The notes under the pieces are model-generated. The model did no database searches, was not told the origin of the DNA, and worked only from the letters and a program-made list of their open reading frames with translations. The translations under genes and the position numbers were made by a program. A stretch of 63,203 nucleotides of DNA, filler included, from Octopus bimaculoides (taxonomy: Eukaryota): the NCBI RefSeq assembly GCF_001194135.2. It is 6 parts of 6 records of this genome, joined end to end, with 100 filler letters (N's around TTAATTAATTAA, not from the genome) between each part and the next. Parts side by side here need not be neighbours in the genome. Positions count along the whole stretch, not along the records: positions 1 to 9,767 come from NC_068998.1; positions 9,868 to 22,398 come from NC_068983.1; 4 more parts are not named here. One strand, 5' to 3'. Below are positions 1-12,830 of the stretch, piece by piece (the stretch's first letter is position 1; each line of letters starts with the position of its first letter).

Positions 1-70
1 CAAGGTGTTTTTCTTTTATAATTTATTTCCATCGATTTTTATTCCCATCGGGTATTTCTGCTTCATAGAA

Positions 71-266
71 TGGGTAGGGAGACAGGTAGGTAAGATAGGT
101 AGGTAGGCAGGTAGGTAGGCAGGTAGGCAGGTAGGTAGGTAGGTAGGTAGGTAGGTAGGCAGGCAGGTAGGTAGGCAGGTAGGTAATTACGGAGGGAGAT
201 ACATAGGTGGAAAGATCGGTAGAGCGATGTGTGTATATGTATGTATAGAGATATAGCTAGCTAACT

Positions 267-347
<81 letters not shown>

Positions 348-420
348 GATAGGGATAGACAGAGAGAGACAGAGAGAGAAAGACAAACAGAGACAGACAG
401 ACAGACAGAGACAGAGAGAG
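71..420. repeat. Compound microsatellite: (AGGT/AGGC)n, (TA)n, (GA)n/(GACA)n
   Basis: Directly visible tandem repeats; explains ORF 261..620. Confidence 0.95.
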
Positions 421-595
421 ACAACCGGTGCTGGAGTGTTTACGTCCCCGTAATGTAGAGGTTCGGCCATAGAGACCGTTAGAGTAAGTATCAGGTTTTT
501 AAAAGACTCCCTTAGCTCGAATCTTCGAGGTGCTGCCCCAGCATGGCAACAGTCAAATGACTGAAACAAGTAAAAGATGAAAGATAAAATGATAC
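421..595 (+). mobile_element. SINE family A, 3' half
   Basis: Matches the reverse complement of 16361-16560 (ACAACCGxTGCTGGxGTGTTTAxGTCCCCGTAA...CAGCATGGCxACAGTCAAAxGACTGAxACAAGTAAAAGA). Confidence 0.8.
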
Positions 596-949
596 ATTCC
601 AGGTAAAAAAAAAAATTCAAAGTTTATTGTAACAAAAGGAATCCATACAATTCTTGTAAATGCTCAAGATGGCGCATTTCATGGGCTGTCACGTACGTAA
701 CACGAGAAGGCCTCGTTTTTCGCAGACGACCAACCGGCAGGAAAAGCTTTGCTGTATTTTTCATTCCAATTCACTGCAGTCTGTGTTCAAATCGCGACGA
801 GGTTGACATTACCTTTGAGCCCTTTGAGGGCTGATAATGAAATGTCACTCTTTCGCAGTCGATCGGCGGAACCTAACAACTTCCCTAATTGTTTCGGCTC
901 TTTGCGTTGTGTTCTTTGGTTGAAGACTTAATCTGTTACCCCAGTTTAA

Positions 950-1181
950 CCCATTAAGTCCTACTGTCCTATAAATAGGAGGACACTAAATGGAAACATT
1001 AGATAAGCTATTTCACATTGTCTCAGTGTCCTATTTATAGGACATCAAGTATTTCCATTTCTACTTGAAATAAAGGAGTTTTAATAATTTTTTTTTTTTA
1101 AATCATTTCAATCTATTTTCAATCATCTGTAAAAATTTAAAAGTAATATTTAGAAATTTAAGTACTCTGAGACTTAATGGG
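950..1181. mobile_element. piggyBac-like MITE (232 bp)
   Basis: TTAA at 946-949 and 1182-1185 flank perfect 11-bp TIRs CCCATTAAGTC/GACTTAATGGG. Internal inverted pair TGTCCTATAAATAGGA(GGA)CACT (965-987) and AGTGTCCTATTTATAGGACA (1025-1044). Confidence 0.8.
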
Positions 1182-3174
1182 TTAACACTGCCACCACCAC
1201 CACCACCATCACCATCGCTGCCGCCACCTGATTCCAGGATGGGAGGCAGAGGTCTTTAACTAAACTTACTCTATTGCAAACATTTTGGCCTGATCTCTGG
1301 GGGGAAATTCTCCCCTCCCCACTTCTTAGTCTCGCATATTCTCGAAAATTAAAGTCTTGGCGCCTCCCTTTTCTCTTGTTGTTTTCTCAAGTCAATGCTG
1401 ATCGAATAGACAAATCCTCCAAGGATTTCCAGCCATAACTATTCCATATTTTCACAAATACATCATCCACTATGACCTGACCTTCTATTCAACATAGCAA
1501 AGTGATATAAGCGGAGATATGACTGCTATTTCCAGCAAATCATGTGAACACTTGTTTTTACGTTTTGGTCTTGTTGTATTTATTGTTGTTTGTGGTGGAG
1601 GCCATGGTAGTGTTGCTGCAGTTGTTGCTACTGTTGTTGTTGCTGTTTCTGGAGGTGGTGGTGGTGGTGGTGCTGCCGGCGCTGGTGATTGGTGGCGGTG
1701 TTATTGTTGATGGAATTGGCGGTGATGCTAGTGGAAATTGGTTTGGCGGCGGCGGCGGTGGCAGCGGCGGCGGTGGTGGTGGTGCTTCATGAAACAATTC
1801 GGATGTAGAAGCCCGAATGTCCGGACTGAGCAATTTCTCAAGTTATTGGGCTTCGATCCAAACCTATTAACACAGCCAAGTCACCATAATCTATCAACGG
1901 ATCGATACATCGGCTGTTGTTGACATATTCAGGGAACTGCTTNNNNNNNNNNNNNNNNNNNNNNNNNNNNNNNNNNNNNNNNNNNNNNNNNNNNNNNNNN
2001 NNNNNNNNNNNNNNNNNNNNNNNNNNNNNNNNNNNNNNNNNNNNNNNNNNNNNNNNNNNNNNNNNNNNNNNNNNNNNNNNNNNNNNNNNNNNNNNNNNNN
2101 NNNNNNNNNNNNNNNNNNNNNNNNNNNNNNNNNNNNNNNNNNNNNNNNNNNNNNNNNNNNNNNNNNNNNNNNNNNNNNNNNNNNNNNNNNNNNNNNNNNN
2201 NNNNNNNNNNNNNNNNNNNNNNNNNNNNNNNNNNNNNNNNNNNNNNNNNNNNNNNNNNNNNNNNNNNNNNNNNNNNNNNNNNNNNNNNNNNNNNNNNNNN
2301 NNNNNNNNNNNNNNNNNNNNNGGTGGTTGTGGTGGTGGTGGTTGTGGTGGTGGTGGTGGTGGTGATGGTTGTGGTGGTGGTGGTGATGGTTGTTATGATG
2401 GTGGCGGCGGCGGCGGCGGCGGTGGTGGTGGTGGTAATGGTATTGTCGATGCTATTTTTTCTATCCGCAGTAGATCAACACCGTTTAAGCAGACCCCCAC
2501 CCACACCACAGCTATGGAACTCCAGCCGTGGCCATCACATCTGCTTAGATATATATATCTATCTATATATAGAGAGAAATACATTATCTGTGTCCTTCCG
2601 TTTTCTTAAACACGAAAGGGCATGATTAGAGGGACGTTTAGCTTATATTTCTAGCAAGTCGAGTGGGTTCGAGTGAAACGCGGAAAGTCAGCCACGTTGG
2701 CTCTTACCTCATACCAATGTCGCTGGCGTCGATGGAGCAGCGGATTGTTATATACCATGATGCTATTACTGCTGCTGCTACTAATGATGATGATGATGAT
2801 GATGATGGCGATGGCGATGGCGGTGGCAGTGAATAGGCTCAAAACATCGCCAGACTTGCACAGGAGACTCGAAGGAGAAATTTTCTATGTGACGTGGGGA
2901 ATATTCCGAAACGAAAAGGACAAGAACCTTGTGAATGGGAAACCACTTCTCGGCAGATAGTATCGCATTTGCTGGAGTCGACCGAAAATCAAGCTCACGT
3001 GCTTAACGTCAATGATGAATCTATATATTTGCTTTTGTGAGTGTGTTTATATACACACACACACACACACACAAATATACAACCACAACAGACGCTGCAC
3101 CACCATCAGCAGCTGACACGATTTCTTTGGGTGCAGGTTCATGGCCTCTCGAGACTGGCAGATGCCTACTACTA

Positions 3175-3213
<39 letters not shown>

Positions 3214-3214
<1 letters not shown>

Positions 3215-3355
3215 AGGCACTGGTGCGATTGCGTGTTAAGAACTTTTACTTCCACATGGCTCCAGGTTCAGTCCCACTGCGTGACACCTCAGGTAAGTGT
3301 TTTCTACGATAGCCCCGGGACGACCAAATCTTTGCGAGTGGATTTGGTAAACGGG
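3214..3355 (+). mobile_element. SINE family A, tRNA-derived head fragment
   Basis: CCACATGGCTCCAGGTTCAGTCCCACTGCGTGACACCTCAGGTAAGTGTTTTCTAC...GAGTGGATTTGGTAAACGG matches the head of the 16361-16764 copy; B-box-like GGTTCAGTCC. Confidence 0.8.
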
Positions 3356-3636
3356 TGTGTATACAAATATATATATACATACATATATTCAAATACGAAT
3401 ATACACATATTTATACATGCATACATATGGATTTATAAATATATGTATATACATATGTATATATAGTATATACATCTATGTATACACATGTATATTTTAT
3501 ATGTGTATATTTATATATTAATATTTAAATATACATTTATAGATACACATTTATCCATACATTTGTCTATATCTATAAACATATATATAAATAGATATAC
3601 ATACACCTTTACACATACATTTGTATGTTTGTGTGC

Positions 3637-3697
<61 letters not shown>

Positions 3698-4278
3698 CGT
3701 GCGTGAGGAAGCTACATTCCGTTTTTACCTTTCTGCCTCACCACCCCTCCAGCTTTCTTTCTCGGAAGTTTTCCTCAAAAATATGTCCGCCAGCTAGAAA
3801 AGATTAAACTTCCAAAGCTATTTCTACGGAAGCTGCATGCATCAAAGGACGCCAAGAATTCCTCACACACCAACATTCAGTGTGACTTTCAGAAGAATCT
3901 CCGCCAGCGTTTGTTACCTAATTTGATTTGGCAATAGAATGAGTCTTGGAAAAGAAACTTAGAATGACCATTACCCTTAGGGTGAAGAATTACTTTTTCA
4001 TTCATTTTTTTTATATATAATTTTCGCGGTAATTATACTTTATCGTCTGCTTCTCATTTTAACTTGTTTTTTTAGAAATTCCTAAATTTTCATAACACTT
4101 TTCATATGAAATACAGTTATTGTACGTGAAGATATCAATATACTTTGAAATATGCGTGTGTCTGTTTGTGCATGTATACAAAAGATATATATGTTGTATA
4201 TGAATGTTGTATGTATGTATGCATGTATGTGTGAGTGCGTGCGTGCATGCATGTATGTATGTATGTATGTATGTATGT

Positions 4279-4518
4279 CTCGTCTATTTTCAAGTATTAT
4301 AAATCTTCCACTGAGGAGGCAACCGGTTTCTAACAAAGATACAAGGCTCCATCTTTGCGATGTAGTTAACACAGACAAATTCACATTTGGAACTTGAGAA
4401 AAGTCTTGCATATTTCTACTGTTCCACTCACAGATTGCACTTGTAATGTACGAATCAGCCGGTCGATTTCTTTTTCTGAAGATCCCATTTTATCCAGATT
4501 CTTTAAGCATTTACTAAC
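4279..4518 (-). mobile_element. R4/Dong-like (RLE) non-LTR retrotransposon, 5'-truncated 3' end, in a (CATA)n tract
   Basis: Minus strand reads VSKCLKNLDKMGSSEKEIDRLIRTLQVQSVSGTVEICKTFLKFQM*, homologous to the C-terminus at 42780-42925. (TATG)n lies on both sides. Confidence 0.75.
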
Positions 4519-5740
4519 ATGTATGTATGTATGTATGTATGTATGTATGTATGTATGTATGTATGTATGTACGTTCTATTCTTTTTTTATTAAAGGTTTC
4601 ACACGACTCCCTATCAAAACCTTAGTCCATTTGAAACAGTAAAGTTTCAAAAATTATTTTTACCAACGTTTCCAGTCTTCCTCGGGCTTATCTTCAAGAT
4701 AAGGAGCTGATTTGGCTTCTATATGACACTTTTAATGGTGAGCCGCTTGTGTTTGTAGAGGCAATCCCCCCAGATTTTGACAAAGCGTTAAAATTTGTAT
4801 TAGCAAATGTGACATTTATATATTGTGTGTTAATCATAGCCTTGAGTTGCGGTATTTTCAAGGCTTCTATAATCAATCCTTTATTACTGACGGAAATTCT
4901 ATAAAGAGAGAATTTTCTTTTAATGTTTTTCTATTAACTGGCGTTATTTAATGCTGTGTGGTGCAGTTTGTTGCAATTGCCACTTGTTTAAGTGCATAGT
5001 GAACTTACGACAGAGTGTTGAACATGTATGACCAATTTTGTAGGTGGAACTGCGATATGTCTTCGTTTTTCTTCCATTTATATATGCATATATATATATA
5101 TATATATATATANNNNNNNNNNNNNNNNNNNNNNNNNNNNNNNNNNNNNNNNNNNNNNNNNNNNNNNNNNNNNNNNNNNNNNNNNNNNNNNNNNNNNNNN
5201 NNNNNNNNNNNNNNNNNNNNNNNNNNNNNNNNNNNNNNNNNNNNNNNNNNNNNNNNNNNNNNNNNNNNNNNNNNNNNNNNNNNNNNNNNNNNNNNNNNNN
5301 NNNNNNNNNNNNNNNNNNNNNNNNNNNNNNNNNNNNNNNNNNNNNNNNNNNNNNNNNNNNNNNNNNNNNNNNNNNNNNNNNNNNNNNNNNNNNNNNNNNN
5401 NNNNNNNNNNNNNNNNNNNNNNNNNNNNNNNNNNNNNNNNNNNNNNNNNNNNNNNNNNNNNNNNNCTATTACCGAACTAATTTTGTTCCATTTTTTTTTT
5501 CTACAGAATTTGTCTGCCGTTTTGATAAATCCAGCACAAAAACCAATCACAAACACACACACACATTATATAGTATTTATATATAAGATAGACACATGTG
5601 TGTAGGTTTTTGTAAATATATTTAAAAAATCAGTGTGAATGGGTGGGGGCAAATCAGAGAAAACCAATCACCGTTAATAGCAGGGACTACCAACCACTAA
5701 GTGTAGTAGTAGTAGTGCGGCAACAGCAGCAGCAGCAGCT

Positions 5741-5802
<62 letters not shown>

Positions 5803-6379
5803 TGTTGTTGTGATGGTGGCGGTGGTACAACAAGAGTGGTACCAAAAACACATGTTGCTATAAAACAGCAACAACAACAGCAACAACGAAATCAGTGAAG
5901 CGTTTCATTGGAATCGGGTTATGGAAGATTAAGCGTGTCACGCTTCATTAGATCCAGGAAAACATTCTCTCTCCCCCTCCCATTCATTTATCTAACTTCC
6001 TCCTTTTCCTCCTCCGCCTCCTCCCCAGTCATCAATGCTTGCCCCCCACCACACACCCATCGTCTCTCCCTCTCTCTCTCTCATGATGATGATGATGCTT
6101 ACTAAACGGTGTTGTTGTTATTGTAGCTTAACCTACAGTGAAACCCTTAAAACAAAGAGACCTATAACCGAGTCCAACCCAACCATGGCCATCCCGTCCT
6201 CTTCATTCAATGCATCCTACCGCTGTTGTTGTTCTTATTGTCGTTGTTCTTATTTTTATTATTATTATTCTTATTTGTTTTTGTTGGTGTTTTTATCATT
6301 TGGATTCTTATTATTTTTATAGGTTTTTATTATTTTTAATGTTGGCGCTGTTTTTGTTGTTGTTGTTATGGTTATTGAT

Positions 6380-6412
<33 letters not shown>

Positions 6413-6630
6413 GAGTTTGTTCCCAAAGAAGAGACATATATGAAGGAATAACTGCTAGGGTTTTCTTTGTGACAAAAAGACTATAGACCACGGGGCAGGG
6501 GTCGGGGAAGGGGGAGAGGTTTGAGAGGCAAACAATAACAACATCGACAACAATAACAATAACAGCATCAATATATGAACAATTTGCGAATATAACTACA
6601 AGAACGACAACGACAACAATAACCACCAAG

Positions 6631-6649
6631 ATGACGACGATGATGATGA

Positions 6650-6734
<85 letters not shown>

Positions 6735-7045
6735 GATGATGATGATGATGATGATGAGGNNNNNNNNNNNNNNNNNNNNNNNNNNNNNNNNNNNNNNNNN
6801 NNNNNNNNNNNNNNNNNNNNNNNNNNNNNNNNNNNNNNNNNNNNNNNNNNNNNNNNNNNNNNNNNNNNNNNNNNNNNNNNNNNNNNNNNNNNGAGGAGGA
6901 GGAGGAGGAGGAGGAGGACGATGATGATGATGACGACGATGACGATGATGATTATGATGATGATGATGATGATGACGATGATGATGATGACGACGATGAC
7001 GATGATGATTATGATGATGATGATGATGATGATGATGATGGTGAT
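6631..7045. repeat. (GAT)n/(GGA)n microsatellite with gap
   Basis: Direct observation; source of poly-M/poly-D/poly-S ORFs. Confidence 0.95.
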
Positions 7046-7416
7046 GATGGTGATGTTCGTTTTATTATATTTTATTTTTCCGTACCAGAAAACAATACGG
7101 TAAAACGAAAGGGAAGAAGGGGAGGGGAAAAGGAGAAAGAGCAGAGGAGGGGGAGGAGGAGGGGGAAAAATAAAAAGACAACAACAACAACAACAACGAT
7201 GATGGTAAAGACTTGTTTGTTCAGTCATGAAGAATGAATTAGAATTCTGATTGTTTTTAACGGAAGCAAGGACGGTGGGGGACGGGCGAGGGGGGTAAGT
7301 AAGATAAACAAATAATAAACAAACAATAAACATTTATGGGCGCTTAAACAAATATATAAACACAATATACATACATGCACACACATATATACATAAGCAC
7401 ATACACACAGATATGC

Positions 7417-7455
<39 letters not shown>

Positions 7456-7583
7456 AAGATGGATGCAGATATATAGATAGGTACATACAATCATACATAC
7501 ATGCACATACATTTTATATGCACATATATATATATACATATAAACATATATACACGATGCATACACATATCTATGTGTGTGTG

Positions 7584-7632
<49 letters not shown>

Positions 7633-7846
7633 TATGCATGTGCATATGTATGTATACACACATACATATATACATATCCTGGGGGACACGTTTTTGAAAA
7701 ATTAAAGCGTGCAGAAAATTATATTTCACTTATTATTATCTCTATTATCATTTTCATCATCGTCGTCATCCTCCTCCTCATCATCATCATCATTATTATT
7801 GCTGCTATCATCATCATCATCATCATTATTATTATTATTATTATCA

Positions 7847-7877
<31 letters not shown>

Positions 7878-7907
7878 TGTCATTATTGCTTAGCATTATT
7901 TCGTTTG

Positions 7908-8087
7908 CCGGTGCGTTCTGAGTTCAAGTTACGCCGAGGTCGATTTTGACTTTCATCCTTTTGGGGGCGATAAATTAAATACCAGTTAAGTACTGTAGTC
8001 GATGTAATCGACTTAACAGTGAGTTCAAATTCCACCGAAATTGACGTTGCCGTTCATTCTTTCGGGATCAAGTACTGGTTGGTGGGG
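7908..8087 (+). mobile_element. SINE family B, partial with internal repeat
   Basis: CGTTCTGAGTTCAAGTTACGCCGAGGTCGATTTTGACTTTCATCC..., then a second GAGTTCAAATTCCACCG unit; homologous to 52829-53257. Confidence 0.75.
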
Positions 8088-9083
8088 NNNNNNNNNNNNN
8101 NNNNNNNNNNNNNNNNNNNNNNNNNNNNNNNNNNNNNNNNNNNNNNNNNNNNNNNNNNNNNNNNNNNNNNNNNNNNNNNNNNNNNNNNNNNNNNNNNNNN
8201 NNNNNNNNNNNNNNNNNNNNNNNNNNNNNNNNNNNNNNNNNNNNNNNNNNNNNNNNNNNNNNNNNNNNNNNNNNNNNNNNNNNNNNNNNNNNNNNNNNNN
8301 NNNNNNNNNNNNNNNNNNNNNNNNNNNNNNNNNNNNNNNNNNNNNNNNNNNNNNNNNNNNNNNNNNNNNNNNNNNNNNNNNNNNNNNNNNNNNNNNNNNN
8401 NNNNNNNNNNNNNNNNNNNNNNNNNNNNNNNNNNNNNNNNNNNNNNNNNNNNNNNNNNNNNNNNNNNNNNNNNNNNNNNNNNNNNNNNNNNNNNNNNNNN
8501 NNNNNNNNNNNNNNNNNNNNNNNNNNNNNNNNNNNNNNNNNNNNNNNNNNNNNNNNNNNNNNNNNNNNNNNNNNNNNNNNNNNNNNNNNNNNNNNNNNNN
8601 NNNNNNNNNNNNNNNNNNNNNNNNNNNNNNNNNNNNNNNNNNNNNNNNNNNNNNNNNNNNNNNNNNNNNNNNNNNNNNNNNNNNNNNNNNNNNNNNNNNN
8701 NNNNNNNNNNNNNNNNNNNNNNNNNNNNNNNNNNNNNNNNNNNNNNNNNNNNNNNNNNNNNNNNNNNNNNNNNNNNNNNNNNNNNNNNNNNNNNNNNNNN
8801 NNNNNNNNNNNNNNNNNNNNNNNNNNNNNNNNNNNNNNNNNNNNNNNNNNNNNNNNNNNNNNNNNNNNNNNNNNNNNNNNNNNNNNNNNNNNNNNNNNNN
8901 NNNNNNNNNNNNNNNNNNNNNNNNNNNNNNNNNNNNNNNNNNNNNNNNNNNNNNNNNNNNNNNNNNNNNNNNNNNNNNNNNNNNNNNNNNATACACACAC
9001 ATATATGCATACATACATACATGCATACATATATATATATATGTATATATATCCCCATATATATATCATATATATATATATAC

Positions 9084-9118
<35 letters not shown>

Positions 9119-9582
9119 AAAGAAGGAAAATGCACACTGTACATAGAGTTAGTGTGTGAGTGTGTGAGCATGCGTGTGTTTTGTTTCATTTGTAACCACC
9201 ACCACCACCACCACTATCTCATCCATTAACAGCGTCAATATCTTCACATAGCAATTTATCCACGACCACGGCCTTGAACAATCCCAGCATTTCACAGTGA
9301 TAGATCCCACGTGTGATATCACAGTGTGTGTGATAACGGCTAATATTTTATATTCTATTCAGAGAATACTTAAGACACTGCTGTTATATTAATAACGGAA
9401 TGGACGCCGAAGCGAGCGTACAATAGACACTTGCTGTTTGGAGCTAGCGCCATTTTACACGCCAGCTAACTGTATAGACATAAATGTACATAACATAAAT
9501 GTGTATAGGGGTATATATGAATATTTATCACCTGTAGATAGAATTGCAATGTGAAAATACACGCACACACACATATATATTA

Positions 9583-9628
<46 letters not shown>

Positions 9629-9767
9629 CATGTATGTATGCATCTATAAATGTATGTATATAAACCTATGTATACGCAAACAGACACGGAAGCGGGCATT
9701 CAATTTCTTTCTCTTTTTACATGCGTACATATACAGACATATAAACATATATATATATATATATATA

Positions 9768-9867
9768 NNNNNNNNNNNNNNNNNNNNNNNNNNNNNNNNN
9801 NNNNNNNNNNNTTAATTAATTAANNNNNNNNNNNNNNNNNNNNNNNNNNNNNNNNNNNNNNNNNNNN
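9768..9867. other. Assembly linker N44-TTAATTAATTAA-N44 (artefact)
   Basis: Exactly 100 bp with a six-frame-stop palindrome at 9812-9823; the same construct occurs five times. Confidence 0.95.
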
Positions 9868-9894
9868 ACCTATTGAATTTTTGTTGCTTTTCTT

Positions 9895-9944
<50 letters not shown>

Positions 9945-10423
9945 TTTTCGTGGATTCACAAAAGTACGAATGGTTTCATGTTGGAAGGATATCTACAATT
10001 CTTCAAACAGTTCACTTAAAAATACTGGTATTCGTTTTGGATGAAAATGTCCGCTTACGCGAAACTATGCTGGACTTCAAAGTAGATACACAGATTAAAG
10101 AGGTCACTGATAAAAGTTTCTTAATTATTATCTAATGAGAATTTAGACACGATGAGAACGTGAAATATTTCACTTTTCAGAATGGTGAATTTTGAAGCAG
10201 ATAATGCTATAAATAATAGCATGTAAATATTAGGTTGATTGATGATGATCGACAGAATCTCGCTCCTGAATTATCGTATAAGTGGTTGTGCATTCTACAG
10301 TCACGTATTATCTTGACGTCATTCTCAAAGAAAATCAACGTGACACTGAGAATGATACAACGGTGTAGCTTTTGAATTCCAAGTACAATCCATTCGACTT
10401 CTATACGGTTTCCTATTTCGTTA

Positions 10424-10644
10424 CTGCTCACAAGGGGCTACACACAGAGGGGACAAACAAGGACAGACAAACGGATTAAGTCGATTACATCGACCCCAGT
10501 GCGTAACTGGTACTTATTTAATCGACCCCGAAAGGATGAAAGACAAAGTCGACCTCGGCGGAATTTGAACTCAGAACGCAGCGGCAGACAAAATACCGCT
10601 AAGCATTTCGCCCGGCGTGCTAACGTTTCTGCCAGCTCGCCGCC
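10424..10644 (-). mobile_element. SINE family B, near full length
   Basis: Minus strand GGCGGCGAGCTGGCAGAAACGTTAGCACGCCGGGCG...GAGTTCAAATTCCGCCGAGGTCGAC (B-box-like); CpGs intact; homologous to 14692-14937. Confidence 0.9.
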
Positions 10645-10728
10645 CTGACTTCTATATGGTTTCCGCCTACATAATATAGGACGAATCGAAGATACCGAAA
10701 ACGACGTTTGACCAAAATGTCATATAGA

Positions 10729-10770
10729 GGGACCATGTGGTTGGTAAGCAAGCTACTTACCATACAGCCT
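10729..10770 (-). mobile_element. SINE family A head fragment
   Basis: GGGACCATGTGGTTGGTAAGCAAGCTACTTACCAxACAGCC is nearly identical to 16720-16760. Confidence 0.75.
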
Positions 10771-10876
10771 CTCCTGAGCGTATGTTTATGCATGTATATA
10801 TGTTTCTGAATATATGCATGCACATGTTTGTATGTGTTTATGCATGTTGTTTTATGTGTGTAGAGAGATAAAAAAA

Positions 10877-10916
<40 letters not shown>

Positions 10917-11336
10917 GGGTGAGAGAGAAAGAGAATGTTGTTTGTGAGAATACATAATATTTAACTTATAACTCAATCAGTGCCTGTGCAAATACATACA
11001 CGCATAGAAAAGTTACAGATGTGAACGACATCTGCAGGCAATCTTCAGCCAATTTGCTAGCACACAATGCATATGAATAGACACACACGCATACGCGCAC
11101 ACACTTACACTCCATATACACACACGCACATGCACATACACACACAGACACACACACACGTATATGTATTTACACACACACGGACACATTCTCCTCTACT
11201 CCTCCCTTTCTATCTCTTACGCACGCACCGAAATTTTCAACTATAAACACTGCCCTTCTCATACTTGTACCATTAAATGCACGCATTTACATACGACTGC
11301 ATACACACACTCGCATGCGCGCACACGCACGCACAT

Positions 11337-11384
<48 letters not shown>

Positions 11385-12002
11385 ACGTGCGCTCCAGACG
11401 AGAGAAAGTTAGGGAGGTGAAACAATACTGCTTTCGAGGAGCCTCGGAGTAGAATGAGATGAAGCGTTCCTCACAAAATTCATGGGGAGTGGTGGCAGAA
11501 AGGGAATGACCCGTCAGATATTTATGGGTCCCTTTTTTTGGCTCTTTCACTCCCGAATGATGTAGCGGTTGACCGCTCCATCTCGGATAGGCCCTTCGCA
11601 CACATGCGCACAGATATACATACACAGACACCCTAGCATGCGCAAAAAAAAAAAACGCATGTAGACCCACATAGACACATGCACACGCACACAGACATAC
11701 CGGCTTCGCAATGAGCATTATCCTTCATTTTTCTACCTAAACATTGGCCATCTCGAATCTTCTTCCTGTATATATTGTACCTTGCACGTGGCAGCCTGCA
11801 ACAATTTAAAATGGAACATTAATAGCACCAAGATTACCGGTCTCGGGAGGACCTACAAGGTCATAGGTAAAGCCTCTTCTTCTAGACAAGGCATGGTCAA
11901 CCCTTTTTCGAAAGGCGGGCCGCATGAAACATGGCTTATCATTAGGCCGACCGTCCTGCTATAAAAAAAAATATATTAAAAAAAAAAACAGGAAAAAAAG
12001 GT

Positions 12003-12179
12003 AAGCTAATTTTTGTTTAGGCGAGTCATTCAGAAATCCCACGTGTTTGGCAGACTCTGTAGAAGAAACTCCATGATTCAACAGAGAGGAAGGCGGATAC
12101 AGCAACGCGTTGACTGGGACCCGGTTATTGGAAATTGAATGCGTCTTTCCGGACTTCCCTAAAACAAAACAATTAGCTT
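12003..12179. mobile_element. Possible MITE or foldback with ~20-bp imperfect TIRs
   Basis: AAGCTAATTTTTGTTTAGG (12003-12021) versus CCTAAAACAAAACAATTAGCTT (12158-12179). Confidence 0.45.
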
Positions 12180-12434
12180 GTTTGCTCATGAACCGGTAAT
12201 AAATAAATAATTAAATAAATACACAGGTATACACATTCACAGATGCACACATTAATCACTGGTACCAGACGACTCCTGTAAACAGTTGTATTGTCCCATT
12301 GAGAAAACTGTTACCAGAAACTAAGATGGCGAACTTTATCGTGTCGATTCATACGTCACATGACTTTACTTTGTTTGTATATTGTTTTACTAATTTTCGT
12401 ACGTGACTGCATTCATTTCTTCCAAGTGTTCATC

Positions 12435-12627
12435 TACGTTTGTAAGGAGCAACATTCATTCATTCATTCATTCATTCATTCATTCATTCATTCATTTATT
12501 CATTCATTCAGGCATTCATTCATCCACGTATTCGTTCGTCATTCGTTCCATCAGTCATTCTTTCATTTATGAATTCTAAGTGTTCTCATTTGTCTTTTCT
12601 TCCGCCCCTTGCTTTTTTCTTTTTGTT

Positions 12628-12660
<33 letters not shown>

Positions 12661-12729
12661 GATTGTCTATCTGTCTGTCTATCCTTCTTTTTGTTTCTCT
12701 GTTTGCCTGCCTGGCTATCTGTCCGATTG

Positions 12730-12805
<76 letters not shown>

Positions 12806-12830
12806 CCTTCCTTCCTTCCTTCCTTCCTTC
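12435..12830. repeat. (CATT)n, (TATC)n and (CTTC)n microsatellites
   Basis: Direct observation. Confidence 0.95.

Noticed and set aside
11887-11930. hAT-like terminal motif (also CAGTGGTTCCAAC near 42049)
   Set aside because: No partner TIR or 8-bp TSD was found.
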